A stretch of 64,000 nucleotides of DNA, from assembly GCA_963700985.1 (NCBI GenBank), contig OY969554.1, positions 192,001 to 256,000 on the forward strand, given 5' to 3'. Below are positions 36,490 to 47,075 of the stretch, in pieces. Within the stretch, counting starts at the first letter, position 1. Every line of letters begins with the position of its first letter. The notes under the pieces were generated by a model. It searched no databases. It was given only the letters and a program-made list of their open reading frames with translations, and was not told the DNA's origin. The position numbers were made by a program, and so were the translations under genes. This DNA is from an uncultured Chlamydiales bacterium (GTDB taxonomy: Bacteria > Chlamydiota > Chlamydiia > Chlamydiales > Rhabdochlamydiaceae).

Positions 36490-37263
36490 ATGGCCAATTA
36501 TTACTATGTAGCTGCCTCTTTGCCACCTCTGGTTTTAGGGCAGAAACCTGAAATTACTTTTAATGAGTTGAATACACTTCTCGAGATCAATCTGAATAAA
36601 GAAGATCTAGAGAAGACGGTGGTTTTGCGCCGGTTTACTGACCTTCAAAATATCCGTTCACTGCTTTTAGAAGAACCGATTGACCCAAGAGGAAATCTAG
36701 ACGAAAAAGAGCTGGATGAAGCGCTTTTAATCCATGATATTCTGCCTGAATACGTTTTTGATTTTTTAGATCAGTTTGAGATGCTTCCTGATCGTTTGAG
36801 AAATTTTTTTGGTCTTTACTCCAAATTTTTTGCCGAAGAAACACCGAAGCAAACGGGCTTTTTAGCCAAATATTTGACGTTTGAGCATCACTGGCGTCTG
36901 GTGATGGCGGCACTACGTGCTAAAGAGCTCGGTAGAGATGTTACGCATGAACTACAATTCGAAGATTTTTCGGATACGCTTGTGGCGCAAATTATTGCGC
37001 AACGCGATGCATTAAGTTATGAGCCGCCACCAGAATGGCAAGAGCTCAAAGAGTTGATTATCGCCTCAGGATCTGATCCTTGGCAGAGATATAAGGCTTT
37101 TGCTGCTTGGCGGTTTAAAAAAATAGAAGAGATGGTCGATCGTCCGCTTTTTTCAATCGACTGGATTCTTGGCTATATGGCACGGCTGATGCTGTGCGAG
37201 AATTGGTATGAGCTAGATGAGCTAAAAGGAAAGATGATCCTGGATACGCTTAAAACGGGATAA
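36490..37263 (+). CDS. V/A-type ATPase subunit C-like protein (DUF2764)
   Basis: YYYVAASLPPL N-terminus, FSIDWILGY; between subunits E and A; ATG 36490. Confidence 0.85.
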   Translation: MANYYYVAASLPPLVLGQKPEITFNELNTLLEINLNKEDLEKTVVLRRFTDLQNIRSLLLEEPIDPRGNLDEKELDEALLIHDILPEYVFDFLDQFEMLPDRLRNFFGLYSKFFAEETPKQTGFLAKYLTFEHHWRLVMAALRAKELGRDVTHELQFEDFSDTLVAQIIAQRDALSYEPPPEWQELKELIIASGSDPWQRYKAFAAWRFKKIEEMVDRPLFSIDWILGYMARLMLCENWYELDELKGKMILDTLKTG

Positions 37264-37289
37264 GTAAATATTATGCTAGGGGTCAAATA

Positions 37290-39074
37290 ATGACGACGCA
37301 AGAGCTGGCATCCGGAAAAGTAGTTAAGGCATTTGGTAACCTGCTGAATGTCCTATTTGAAGGACATATTCGCCAAGGCGAGGTAGCTATATTACGGCTG
37401 GGTGATGTCACTTTAAAAGCAGAGGTGATTGAAGTCGTCGGAAATGAGGCTAAGGTACAAGTCTTTGAAGATACGCGAGGGATTCGATTAGGCACGCCGG
37501 TTGAATTCACTGGGCATCTCTTAGAAGCCGAACTCGGCCCTGGCCTTCTGACATCAATCTTAGACGGTCTACAAAATCCTCTTGAAAAAGTTGCCGATGC
37601 AACTGGACTTTTTCTTACGCGTGGCGTGTACATGCCGCCTCTCGATCGAAGCAAACATTGGGACTATCAACCAACCGCTAAGGTGGGGGATGTTGTCGTC
37701 CGTGGAGATTTTTTAGGTTTTACTATGGAAGGAAGGTTTCACCATCAGATCATGGTGCCTTTCGTCAATTACGATACATACACGGTAACTTGGGTGATTA
37801 AACCCGGTTCCTATTCGATAGATACTGTTGTGGCGCGGGCGGCAGATGAAAAAGGCGTCGAGCATGCGTTTACCATGTTGCAGAAGTGGCCGGTGAAGAT
37901 GCCACTTGTTGAAGGCGAGAAGGTCAAACCGACGAAGATGATGGGCACGGGCTTGCGCATCATCGATACTTCTTTTCCTGTGCTGAAGGGTGGAACTTTT
38001 TGTTCGCCCGGACCTTTTGGCGCTGGCAAAACGGTATTGCAACACCATCTTTCAAAATATTCTGCTGTCGATATCGTGGTTAACGTGGCTTGTGGCGAGC
38101 GCGCGGGCGAAGTCGTAGAAGTTCTGCGAACTTTTCCGCACCTCACGGATCCGCATACAAACGAACCATTGATCAATCGCACAGTAATCATTTGCAATAC
38201 TTCTTCGATGCCGGTCGCTGCGCGCGAAGCTTCGATTTATATGGGAGCAACGATTGCTGAATATTATCGCCAGATGGGGCTCGATGTGCTTCTTTTGGCA
38301 GATTCAACTTCTCGTTGGGCTCAGGCGATGCGCGAGATGTCAGGAAGACTAGAAGAAATTCCAGGCGAAGAAGCCTTTCCGGCTTATCTGGCTTCAAGAA
38401 TTGCAGCTTTTTATGAGCGCTCGGGTGTTATCCTTCTGAAACATGGCAAACATGGCTCCTTAACCATTGGGGGCGCAGTTTCTCCAGCAGGTGGAAATTT
38501 TGAAGAGCCGGTAACTCAGGCTACGTTGTCTGTGGTAGGCGCTTTCTTAGGCCTTTCGCGGGCACGCTCGGACGCTAGGCGCTATCCTGCTATCGATCCG
38601 CTTATCTCTTGGAGTAAATATGTCGATGATGTCGGCATTGAGCTGGGTAAGCGCATTGAAGGCTGGAATAAGATGGTCAAAAAAGCGGCCAAAATCTTAA
38701 GAGAAGGTGATGAGATTGGAAAACGCATGGAGGTAGTGGGAGAAGAGGGCGTTTCTTTACAAGATATGATGACCTACTTGAAGTCTGAACTTTTTGAGTT
38801 CTGCTACTTGCAACAGAATGCCTTTGATAAAGAAGATGCTTATTGTCCTCTAGAACGACAGATTCCTCTTTTCCGCTTAATCAGTCGCATCTTTGAGGTT
38901 CCATTTGCCTTTAAAAATCATGATGAGGCGCGCTCCTTTTTCTTGGAGCTGCAGAACGAGATTAAAAACACCAACTTTATGCCGTTTAAATCGGATCGTT
39001 ACCGAAACGCGCTGACCAATGTAGAAAAACGCATCGACGAGGTGAAGAGGAAGGACCATGAAAAAGATCTATGA
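37290..39074 (+). CDS. atpA: V/A-type ATP synthase subunit A
   Basis: [39 protein letters not shown]. Confidence 0.98.
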   Translation: MTTQELASGKVVKAFGNLLNVLFEGHIRQGEVAILRLGDVTLKAEVIEVVGNEAKVQVFEDTRGIRLGTPVEFTGHLLEAELGPGLLTSILDGLQNPLEKVADATGLFLTRGVYMPPLDRSKHWDYQPTAKVGDVVVRGDFLGFTMEGRFHHQIMVPFVNYDTYTVTWVIKPGSYSIDTVVARAADEKGVEHAFTMLQKWPVKMPLVEGEKVKPTKMMGTGLRIIDTSFPVLKGGTFCSPGPFGAGKTVLQHHLSKYSAVDIVVNVACGERAGEVVEVLRTFPHLTDPHTNEPLINRTVIICNTSSMPVAAREASIYMGATIAEYYRQMGLDVLLLADSTSRWAQAMREMSGRLEEIPGEEAFPAYLASRIAAFYERSGVILLKHGKHGSLTIGGAVSPAGGNFEEPVTQATLSVVGAFLGLSRARSDARRYPAIDPLISWSKYVDDVGIELGKRIEGWNKMVKKAAKILREGDEIGKRMEVVGEEGVSLQDMMTYLKSELFEFCYLQQNAFDKEDAYCPLERQIPLFRLISRIFEVPFAFKNHDEARSFFLELQNEIKNTNFMPFKSDRYRNALTNVEKRIDEVKRKDHEKDL

Positions 39075-40359
39075 TCGAATAGTAGACATGCGGGGAAACC
39101 TTCTCACCGTTATGGCAGAAGGGGTAAGTTTAGGTGAAGTTGCACGCATTCAAAAGAAAAGCGGGCAGAGCACCTATGCTTCTGTGCTTAGGATTGAAGG
39201 TGAGCTAGCCACACTGCAGTGCTTTGAAAACACGCGTGGAATTTCTACGAATGATCGCGTGACATTTCTGGGCCGTCAGATGTATGCCACCTGCAGCGAT
39301 AGCCTTCTTGGACGTAGATTGAATGGAGCTGGGGAACCAATCGATCACGGCCCTGCAATTACCGGAGAGCAGATCGAAATCGGCACGCCCTCATTTAACC
39401 CAGTAAAGCGCATTATTCCCCGAGATCTAGTGCGCACGAACATCCCCATGATCGACGTGTTTAACTGTCTGGTCAAATCGCAGAAGATTCCCATCTTCTC
39501 GGTTGCTGGTGAGCCTTATAACGCGCTGCTCATGCGCATTGCTAACCAGACGGATGCTGACGTCGTAATTATCGGCGGTATGGGATTAAGATTTGATGAC
39601 TACCAAGCCTTTATCGACAATGCTGAGAAAGCTGGCTCTCTTGAAAAAACGATCATGTTTATCCATAAAGCCACCGATCCTGCTGTAGAGTGCATGCTCG
39701 TGCCGGATATGGCTCTTGCTTGTGCAGAGAAATTCGCTATTCAAGATAAAGACGTGCTGGTGCTTTTAACCGATATGACCGCTTTTGCTGATGCGATCAA
39801 AGAGATCATGATTACGATGGATCAGGTGCCTTCGAATCGCGGCTATCCTGGATCGCTTTACTCTGATCTAGCTTCGCGCTATGAAAAAGCTGTTGATATT
39901 GATGGCAGCGGCTCAATCACGATTATTTCCGTGACGACGATGCCAGGCGGAGATGTAACCCATCCCGTACCTGACAATACAGGTTACATCACTGAAGGTC
40001 AGTTTTATCTGCATGGCGGAAGAATCGATCCTTTCGGTTCGCTGTCGCGTTTAAAACAGCAGGTGATTGGAAAGGTAACCCGCGAAGATCATGGTGAGAT
40101 TGCCAACGCGCAGATTCGTCTTTACGCGGATGCTAAGAAAGCACGCGAGCGTGAAAGTATGGGCTTTAAGTTATCTAGATGGGATGAAAAGTTGCTTCAA
40201 TATGCGCATCTCTTTGAAGATCGCATGATGAACTTAGAAGTGAACTACACGCTAGAAGAGGCCTTAGATTTAGGCTGGAGTACGCTGAGTGAATGTTTCG
40301 ATATGCACGAGGTAGGCATAAAGCAGAGCCTCGTCGATAAGTATTGGCCCAAAGGTTAG
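39058..40359 (+). CDS. atpB: V/A-type ATP synthase subunit B
   Basis: [37 protein letters not shown]. Confidence 0.98.
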   Translation: MKKIYDRIVDMRGNLLTVMAEGVSLGEVARIQKKSGQSTYASVLRIEGELATLQCFENTRGISTNDRVTFLGRQMYATCSDSLLGRRLNGAGEPIDHGPAITGEQIEIGTPSFNPVKRIIPRDLVRTNIPMIDVFNCLVKSQKIPIFSVAGEPYNALLMRIANQTDADVVIIGGMGLRFDDYQAFIDNAEKAGSLEKTIMFIHKATDPAVECMLVPDMALACAEKFAIQDKDVLVLLTDMTAFADAIKEIMITMDQVPSNRGYPGSLYSDLASRYEKAVDIDGSGSITIISVTTMPGGDVTHPVPDNTGYITEGQFYLHGGRIDPFGSLSRLKQQVIGKVTREDHGEIANAQIRLYADAKKARERESMGFKLSRWDEKLLQYAHLFEDRMMNLEVNYTLEEALDLGWSTLSECFDMHEVGIKQSLVDKYWPKG

Positions 40360-40366
40360 GAGATCG

Positions 40367-40981
40367 ATGGCTGATGTTAAGCTCACAAAAACCGAGCTAA
40401 GAGCGCAGCAGTTTAGGTTAGACCAACTGCTAAAATACCTTCCGACTTTGCAGCTTAAAAAGGCGCTTTTGCAAGCAGAGGTCTTTTTAGCGCAGCAAGA
40501 GATTGAAGATCTCGTGACCCATTTTGGAAGAATGGAAGAACGAGTGAAGCGCTTCTCTATGCTTCTGTCTGACAAGAGTGCCTCTGAGCTTTTTACGGCA
40601 GTTACAATTACCGAAGTGAAGAAACGCACAGAGAACATTGCCGGCGTCGAAATTCCGCACTTTGAGCAAGTAGTTTTCCATGAGCCTACCTATTCGCTTT
40701 TAGATACACCGGTGTGGCTTGAACCTGCAACTGAAGGCGTAAGAGAGCTGTTGAATCTGCGAGAAAAAATCCGCATTGCACGTGAGAAAAAAGAGGCGCT
40801 AGAAAAAGAGCTGCGCGAGGTTTCGATTCGCGTTAATTTATTTGAAAAAATCTTGATCCCCAGAGCGCAAGAAAATATCAAAAAGATCAGGATCTTCCTC
40901 GGTGATGTGCAGTTGGCGGCAGTTTCGCAGGCTAAAGTCTCAAAAAAGAAGATTCTGCGTAGGAAATCTAGAAAAATATGA
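40367..40981 (+). CDS. atpD: V/A-type ATP synthase subunit D
   Basis: LPTLQLKK, NIAGVEIP, RVNLFEKILIP. Confidence 0.97.
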   Translation: MADVKLTKTELRAQQFRLDQLLKYLPTLQLKKALLQAEVFLAQQEIEDLVTHFGRMEERVKRFSMLLSDKSASELFTAVTITEVKKRTENIAGVEIPHFEQVVFHEPTYSLLDTPVWLEPATEGVRELLNLREKIRIAREKKEALEKELREVSIRVNLFEKILIPRAQENIKKIRIFLGDVQLAAVSQAKVSKKKILRRKSRKI

Positions 40982-42900
40982 TTATCCCTCTTAAAAAATA
41001 TCTTTTTTTTGGAGTAAAAGAAGCGATCGACGACTTCTTTTTGCGCGCGCAAAATCAGGGTTTCATAGAATTTATTCCACCTGCTGGAAGAAAGCCCGTA
41101 GAGCTGCCAGTTCAAATTCAGACGCTACTTTCGGCGATTAAAGTCTTACGGAAATTGCCAGTAAAAAAGCCTTATCTCGGTGGTGGATCCTCGGATTTTG
41201 CGCTTGAAATAGGCGAGCGCATTTTATCTCTAAAAGGTGAGATCGATAGACTTTCGGAAGAGATGCGCATTTTAGAAGCTGAAATTGTGCGCGTGGCACC
41301 ATTTGGCGATTTTTCGATGGAAGATATCGAGTTCATCGAAGAGGTGGGCAAACGCAAGATTCAATTCTTTTGCATGCGCACTGCTAAGAGCCATAAGTAC
41401 ACCGTTCCTGAAGAAGTCATCTACGTCAATACCGCTTATGATCTCGATTACTTCATCAGTATTAATCAGCAGCAGGCGTCATATCCAGAAATGATCGAGA
41501 TGCGCATCGATCGTTCTGTGGGGCAGTTGCAAACACAACACGCTTTCATCAAAGAGTCGCTACATCTTTTAGAAGCCGAACTTAAAGGGCTTGCGGGGCA
41601 CATCGATTTCCTCCGTCACGTACTCGTGGAGCTGCTTAACGATTACGATCTCATCTCCGCAAAAAAAGAGGTACAGTTTCCTACCCAGCACAACTTTTTT
41701 GCGATTGAAGCATGGATCCCTGAAAATAAGGTTGTTTCAGTTTTCGCCATGATGAATGGCATGCTCATTAGTGCAGAAGAAATTGCTATCGAAGAAAAAG
41801 ATCGCATGCCTACCTATATGGAAAATAAAGGCGTGAACCGCATTGGCGAAGATCTCGTGTTGATTTACGACATTCCCTCTTCCAACGATAAAGATCCTTC
41901 CGGGTGGGTTTTCTGGGCCTTTTGCTTTTTCTTTGCCATCATCGTAGCAGATGGAGGCTATGGACTGCTTTTCCTGGCGCTAGCAATTTTGATGTACTTC
42001 AAATTCCCCAAGCTTAAAGGGCAAGGCAAACGCTTTATTAAACTGGCCGGTGCGCTCGCTCTTAGCTGCATTGTCTGGGGTGTATTGACCTCTTCGTTTT
42101 TTGGCATTGATGTTAGCCCCGATAGCCCTATCTCGAGATACTCTCTCACTGGGTATATGGCAGAAAAAAAAGCTGACTATCATTTTGCGCGCAAAGATGA
42201 AGTCTATCAGTCTTGGGTCAAGAAAATTCCAGAAGCAGCTAGTGCCCAAAATGGCCAGCAGCTTTTAGTCGAAGCTAAAGAGACCAAAGAAAATCGAGTT
42301 TCATACGAGATGTTCGATGATTTTAAAGATAACATTCTGCTTGAGCTCTCACTATTTCTAGGCGTGATCCACCTCACAACTTCGATGATCCGCTACATGA
42401 GACGCCACTGGGCGGGGATCGGCTGGATCGCTTTTATGGTGGGCGGTTATCTCTACTTTCCCTCGATCTTGCACTGCACCTCTTTTTTAAATTTTATGGG
42501 CATTATCGACCCGCAAACTGCGGCAAAGGTTGGCCAGCAGCTCGTCTATGGGGGAATCGGTGCCGCGGTGGTCTTGGCGCTCGTTCAAAAACGTCTAAAA
42601 GGACTTTCCGAGATCGCTGCCGTTATCCAGGTTTTTGCCGATGTGCTCTCCTATTTACGTCTTTATGCCTTAGCGCTTGCAGCTTCCATCATGGCGAGCA
42701 CTTTTAACGATCTCGGTGTGAGCATTGGACTTGTGATGGGCATACTCGTGACCCTTTTTGGGCATGCAGTAAATATCTTACTTGGTACCATGTCCGGAGT
42801 CATACATGGTCTTCGTCTTAATTTTATCGAATGGTATCATTACTCCTTCGAAGGCGGGGGCAGACTGTTTAAACCTTTAAAAAAACTCAGAGACCCTTAA
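40978..42900 (+). CDS. atpI: V/A-type ATP synthase subunit I
   Basis: ADGGYG, DVLSYLRLYALALA, HGLRLNFIEW. Confidence 0.97.
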   Translation: MIIPLKKYLFFGVKEAIDDFFLRAQNQGFIEFIPPAGRKPVELPVQIQTLLSAIKVLRKLPVKKPYLGGGSSDFALEIGERILSLKGEIDRLSEEMRILEAEIVRVAPFGDFSMEDIEFIEEVGKRKIQFFCMRTAKSHKYTVPEEVIYVNTAYDLDYFISINQQQASYPEMIEMRIDRSVGQLQTQHAFIKESLHLLEAELKGLAGHIDFLRHVLVELLNDYDLISAKKEVQFPTQHNFFAIEAWIPENKVVSVFAMMNGMLISAEEIAIEEKDRMPTYMENKGVNRIGEDLVLIYDIPSSNDKDPSGWVFWAFCFFFAIIVADGGYGLLFLALAILMYFKFPKLKGQGKRFIKLAGALALSCIVWGVLTSSFFGIDVSPDSPISRYSLTGYMAEKKADYHFARKDEVYQSWVKKIPEAASAQNGQQLLVEAKETKENRVSYEMFDDFKDNILLELSLFLGVIHLTTSMIRYMRRHWAGIGWIAFMVGGYLYFPSILHCTSFLNFMGIIDPQTAAKVGQQLVYGGIGAAVVLALVQKRLKGLSEIAAVIQVFADVLSYLRLYALALAASIMASTFNDLGVSIGLVMGILVTLFGHAVNILLGTMSGVIHGLRLNFIEWYHYSFEGGGRLFKPLKKLRDP

Positions 42901-42948
42901 TGAAGCTGAATTCATTAATGTTCTCTTAATCACCATAGGATAAAAATT

Positions 42949-43371
42949 ATGGATTACGCGATGGTAGGACCAGCTCTTGTGCTGGGAATGGGATGTGTTG
43001 GAAGCTCAATTGGTTGCGGGATCGCGGGTATGGCTTCTCACGCTGTTATGAGCCGTGTAGAAGAGAACCACGGGACATTCATCGGAATGTCAGCCGTTGC
43101 GTCTTCACAGTCGATTTATGCGTTCGTGTTTATGATTCTGCTTAAAGGCAGTATTCAAGCGAATACAACCTCAGCTGATGCAGGTATCGGAATTGGATTT
43201 GCCGTGGGCCTAGCGCTGCTCGTTTCGTCTGTCTATCAAGGCAAGTGCGCGGCATCGGGTATCCAAGCCTCTGCAAAACAGCCAGCTATCATTGGAAAAT
43301 GCTTCGCTGCGCTCGGAATCGTAGAATCTTTTTCACTTTTTGCATTCGTCTTTGGTCTACTTCTGATATAA
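42949..43371 (+). CDS. atpK: V/A-type ATP synthase subunit K (proteolipid)
   Basis: Four TM helices, GSSIG, SSQSIY, YQGK, conserved Glu in GIVESF. Confidence 0.96.
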   Translation: MDYAMVGPALVLGMGCVGSSIGCGIAGMASHAVMSRVEENHGTFIGMSAVASSQSIYAFVFMILLKGSIQANTTSADAGIGIGFAVGLALLVSSVYQGKCAASGIQASAKQPAIIGKCFAALGIVESFSLFAFVFGLLLI

Positions 43372-43397
43372 GAAGTTTTTAGTTCCAAGAGGTATGT

Positions 43398-44792
43398 GTG
43401 AAGAAGCGTATCGAGACCGACAGCTTAGGGCAGGTAGAAGTTCCAGCCGATAAATATTATGGAGCACAAACTCAGCGCTCCATTGAAAATTTTCCAATTG
43501 GCACTGAGAAGATGCCGCTAGAGCTCATTCGAGCTCTAGCCATCGTGAAAAAAGCCTGCGCTATTGTAAATGCTGAACTCGGCCTGCTTCCTAAAGAAAA
43601 GAGCGATCTCATCGCAAGTGTTTGTGATGAGATTATTGCAGGCAAGCTAGACGAGCATTTTAAGCTGGTCGTCTGGCAGACCGGCTCTGGCACGCAGACG
43701 AACATGAACCTCAACGAGGTAATTAGCAACCGGGCCATCGAAAAAGCAGGTGGCGTGCTCGGCTCAAAAAATCCGATTCATCCCAATGATGATGTCAATA
43801 AATCTCAATCTTCAAACGATGTATTCCCCACGGCCATGCATGTGGCGGCAATCCTGGCGATCCGCGACCATCTTCAACCGAGCCTTGAAACACTTTTAAA
43901 AGGCTTTCAAAACAAAGCCGATGAGTTCAAGGATATTGTTAAAATCGGGCGCACACATCTCATGGATGCCACACCTTTAACGCTTGGACAGGAATTTTCT
44001 GGCTACGCCTCACAGATCGAGCATGGAATTCATGCGCTTAAAAATACCCTTCCACATCTTTCTGAACTCGCGATTGGAGGAACGGCTGTTGGCACTGGCA
44101 TCAATGCTCCTCCTAAATTTGCAAAACGCGTAGCCGAAGTGATCAGTGAGATCACCAAATATCCTTTTGTAACAGCGCCTAATAAGTTCGAGGCTCTTGC
44201 CTCTAACGACACGATTGTGGAAGCAAGTGGCGCTTTAAAGCGTTTGGCTTGCTCATTTATGAAGATCGCCAACGACATCCGTTGGTTAGCCTCTGGGCCG
44301 CGTTCAGGCCTAGGCGAGATTCTCATCCCAAGCAATGAACCGGGCTCATCAATCATGCCAGGCAAGGTCAATCCTACGCAAAGCGAAGCCATGACCATGG
44401 TAGCGGCGCAAGTTATGGGAAACGATGCGACGATCTCAATTGCAGGCTCTCTCGGAAACTTCGAGCTCAATGTGTTTAAGCCCGTCATGATTTATAATCT
44501 TTTACAATCGATCCGCCTTTTAGGCGACGTTTCCTTGAATTTTCATCAGCGCTGCCTCATGGGAATTAAACCCAATCTCAAACGTATCTCTGAGCATCTC
44601 AACAATTCACTTATGCTGGCCACAGCACTCAATCCTGTCATCGGTTACGATAAAGCTGCCAAAGTGGTGCAAAAAGCCTACGCCGAAGGCACCACACTCA
44701 AAGAGGCAGCCGTTGCTCTCGGCTTTTTAACACCCGAGAAATTTGACGAGGTCGTCGATCCCAAAAAGATGGTCAATCTCGATAAAATCTAA
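43398..44792 (+). CDS. fumC: class II fumarate hydratase
   Basis: [22 protein letters not shown], signature [13 protein letters not shown]. Confidence 0.98.
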   Translation: MKKRIETDSLGQVEVPADKYYGAQTQRSIENFPIGTEKMPLELIRALAIVKKACAIVNAELGLLPKEKSDLIASVCDEIIAGKLDEHFKLVVWQTGSGTQTNMNLNEVISNRAIEKAGGVLGSKNPIHPNDDVNKSQSSNDVFPTAMHVAAILAIRDHLQPSLETLLKGFQNKADEFKDIVKIGRTHLMDATPLTLGQEFSGYASQIEHGIHALKNTLPHLSELAIGGTAVGTGINAPPKFAKRVAEVISEITKYPFVTAPNKFEALASNDTIVEASGALKRLACSFMKIANDIRWLASGPRSGLGEILIPSNEPGSSIMPGKVNPTQSEAMTMVAAQVMGNDATISIAGSLGNFELNVFKPVMIYNLLQSIRLLGDVSLNFHQRCLMGIKPNLKRISEHLNNSLMLATALNPVIGYDKAAKVVQKAYAEGTTLKEAAVALGFLTPEKFDEVVDPKKMVNLDKI

Positions 44793-44875
44793 ATCCATAC
44801 TATTTTTTTGCTTTTTAGATTTTCAAAATAGTGTTACTCTTTTTGGGAAGAAAATTTCCATCAAGGAGTTCACTT

Positions 44876-45262
44876 ATGACAACCCCAGCAAATAATGCAG
44901 GATGTGTTCACTCTCCATGCATTTGCGCACCAGTTTTAGTTGGAAGCGGAATTTTAGTCGGCGGAGTAGCCGCCGTTGCCGTAACTGGCGTTGCATCAAT
45001 CGGCGGAATGGTTTTTGGTGCGGTCTATCACGTCCTAGACAATCTTTCTGAATTAATTCCTGGTCATCCACTGGAGTTCAGCAAGATAGTGCGCGTAGTA
45101 GTTGCAGCAATTGCTGCATTTGTAGCTGCACTTGCAGTCGCATCTCTGGGAGGATATGAGATTGTGCTTGTTTCGGCTGCATTCACGGCGGCGCTTGCAA
45201 TTGCATTTTCGAATCTTTTCGCGCAGCTCGTATCTAGCGGCATGGGTTTGTTAAGACTCTAG
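44876..45262 (+). CDS. small multi-TM protein, same family as the 30-33 kb array
   Basis: GGMVFGAVYH...EFSKIVR...LGGYEI; AAGGAG RBS before ATG 44876. Confidence 0.75.
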   Translation: MTTPANNAGCVHSPCICAPVLVGSGILVGGVAAVAVTGVASIGGMVFGAVYHVLDNLSELIPGHPLEFSKIVRVVVAAIAAFVAALAVASLGGYEIVLVSAAFTAALAIAFSNLFAQLVSSGMGLLRL

Positions 45263-45284
45263 TCTTGTTAAGAGTAAGTATTTT

Positions 45285-45319
45285 ACAGGATTCGCTTCGC
45301 TTCGCTAAGCGGATCTTGT
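45285..45319. repeat. hairpin related to the ACAGGAT...ATCCTGT element
   Basis: ACAGGATTCGCT-TCGCTTCGCTA-AGCGGATCTTGT, containing (TTCGC)x3. Confidence 0.5.
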
Positions 45320-45421
45320 TTTCTTGATTTAAAATAAAATTATGTTAGTTTTTTGTTTTTATTTAATCATCAATTATAGGAGGATTACTGATCTTTAAGT
45401 TTTTTATAATGGAGATCAATT

Positions 45422-45790
45422 ATGTCAGCGACTGGACCAATGGGTTTAACATGTTCTCAACGTGATGCAAATATTGTTTGTGGAGGATGTCTAGCAACTG
45501 GCGGAGCTATTATCGGTGCTACTGCTTCTGCACTTACAGGTGTGACAATTTTGACGGGAGTGATTTTTGGCGTGGTTTATCATCTTATCGATAACCTTTC
45601 GTTTTTATTGCCAGGTCATCCGTTAGAGTTTAGTAAGATAGTGCGGGTGGCTGTTGCTGTACTCGCTGCATTCGCAATTGCGCTTAGCGTAGCCACGCTG
45701 GCTGAATTTGAAATCACTTTAGCATCATATGCCATCATGGCGTTTATTGTAGTGGCTTTATCCAATTTAGCTGGTTTGGCGAATCCTTAA
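45422..45790 (+). CDS. small multi-TM protein, tandem duplicate of 44876-45262
   Basis: Shares VYH..DNLS...PGHPLEFSKIVRV almost exactly with the upstream gene. Confidence 0.78.
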   Translation: MSATGPMGLTCSQRDANIVCGGCLATGGAIIGATASALTGVTILTGVIFGVVYHLIDNLSFLLPGHPLEFSKIVRVAVAVLAAFAIALSVATLAEFEITLASYAIMAFIVVALSNLAGLANP

Positions 45791-45805
45791 AACCTCTACA
45801 GGTTT

Positions 45806-46306
45806 TTAATGGTTGATGTGGATGCCGATTTTAGTCAGCAGATAGCGGCTGACTAAGATCGGATGTAGGAGGAAGAATTTAACCAGCATGACGTAGTTCA
45901 CGCCGTGGATCTCTTTCTTGAGCATCTCAGGATGGTTTAAAAGCGCGTCAGCGATCCAATCATGATAAAAATGGGGGATGAGCTTGGGCAGGTCATTAAG
46001 TGGGAAAAACGAGACGCCTTGGGTCTCCTCACTGCATTTCGCTTCACCTCCAATGATTGAGCATTCAAAGAAATATGTGCGCTGTGTCATGCGGTTAACC
46101 GGCAGATATTCGGCTACCTTGCGTACGATTTTCACTTGATATCCTGTCTCTTCTAGGACTTCGCGGCACGCGGCATCTTCCGGTGTCTCATTTTGATCGA
46201 TTCCGCCGCCGGCTAATACCCAAACTGGAATATCACGCCTTTTGACCAGCAGGATAGATTGGCGGGCTTCATCGAAAACGATTGTGCTCACAGCTTCTTT
46301 GATCAT
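45806..46306 (-). CDS. NUDIX hydrolase
   Basis: Nudix box GGGIDQNETPEDAACREVLEETG. Confidence 0.95.
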   Translation of the reverse strand: MIKEAVSTIVFDEARQSILLVKRRDIPVWVLAGGGIDQNETPEDAACREVLEETGYQVKIVRKVAEYLPVNRMTQRTYFFECSIIGGEAKCSEETQGVSFFPLNDLPKLIPHFYHDWIADALLNHPEMLKKEIHGVNYVMLVKFFLLHPILVSRYLLTKIGIHINH

Positions 46307-46373
46307 GGATTGTACTGATTTGCCTTGAAAAAAAGGATTTTGTAGCCCTCAATATTAAAGCAAGTGAGCTGCA

Positions 46374-47075
46374 ATGTCGAATTTTAAAAAAATCCTTTGT
46401 TTTGGTCTGCTAGTCTGCCTAACTGGCTGCGGTCGGAGCTATCTGACCGTGCGTCAAGAATGGGTTGATAGCCGCTATCTTGCCAGCACCTATGTGGCTA
46501 CACCAGATCCGCGGCAAGCCAATCCTCCCATTGGACAGAAACTCATCCTACATTACTGGGTGCCATCTTGGGTGCTCGAGAAAAACCCTACGCTTGTTTT
46601 GCAAATCATCCATTGGGATTTTACAGAAGAGATCGTCAAATATCCGCTGAAGAAGCGCATCGGTTATGAGACCTATGCTCTGCTCAATAAAAAGTATGAA
46701 GAGACAGAAGGTCTTTTAACATACCGCGCGCAGATCGTGACAGATGATCAGCAGATTTTTTCTGAATGGAAGCATCAGCTCTGGGTTAATCTAATTCAGA
46801 TCGATGGCAAGACGATGGAGCCCGAACAAAACCCTGAGCTCAATCCAGAGATAATTCCCGATGATGACGACGCCTTTGATGAAGAGCTTTACGCTTTAGA
46901 TCCGGCTTTGGAAGAAGAAGCGGATTTAGTTGGCAAAATGGAAAAAAGATTGTTTGGAGCAGAGAGCAGCTCATCTGCTGATAAAATAAGCTCTTCTGTG
47001 GAAGCCCAGTCTAAACAAGGATCTGTGATCGAAACGCCATATTTGAGCGAAAGCTCATCATCTGATAGCGATTGA
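46374..47075 (+). CDS. conserved chlamydial lipoprotein (CT303-like) with acidic tail
   Basis: Lipobox CLTGC; YLASTYVATPDPR, GLLTYRAQI and WKHQLWV motifs as I recall them for the chlamydial gene between atpK and valS. Confidence 0.7.
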   Translation: MSNFKKILCFGLLVCLTGCGRSYLTVRQEWVDSRYLASTYVATPDPRQANPPIGQKLILHYWVPSWVLEKNPTLVLQIIHWDFTEEIVKYPLKKRIGYETYALLNKKYEETEGLLTYRAQIVTDDQQIFSEWKHQLWVNLIQIDGKTMEPEQNPELNPEIIPDDDDAFDEELYALDPALEEEADLVGKMEKRLFGAESSSSADKISSSVEAQSKQGSVIETPYLSESSSSDSD

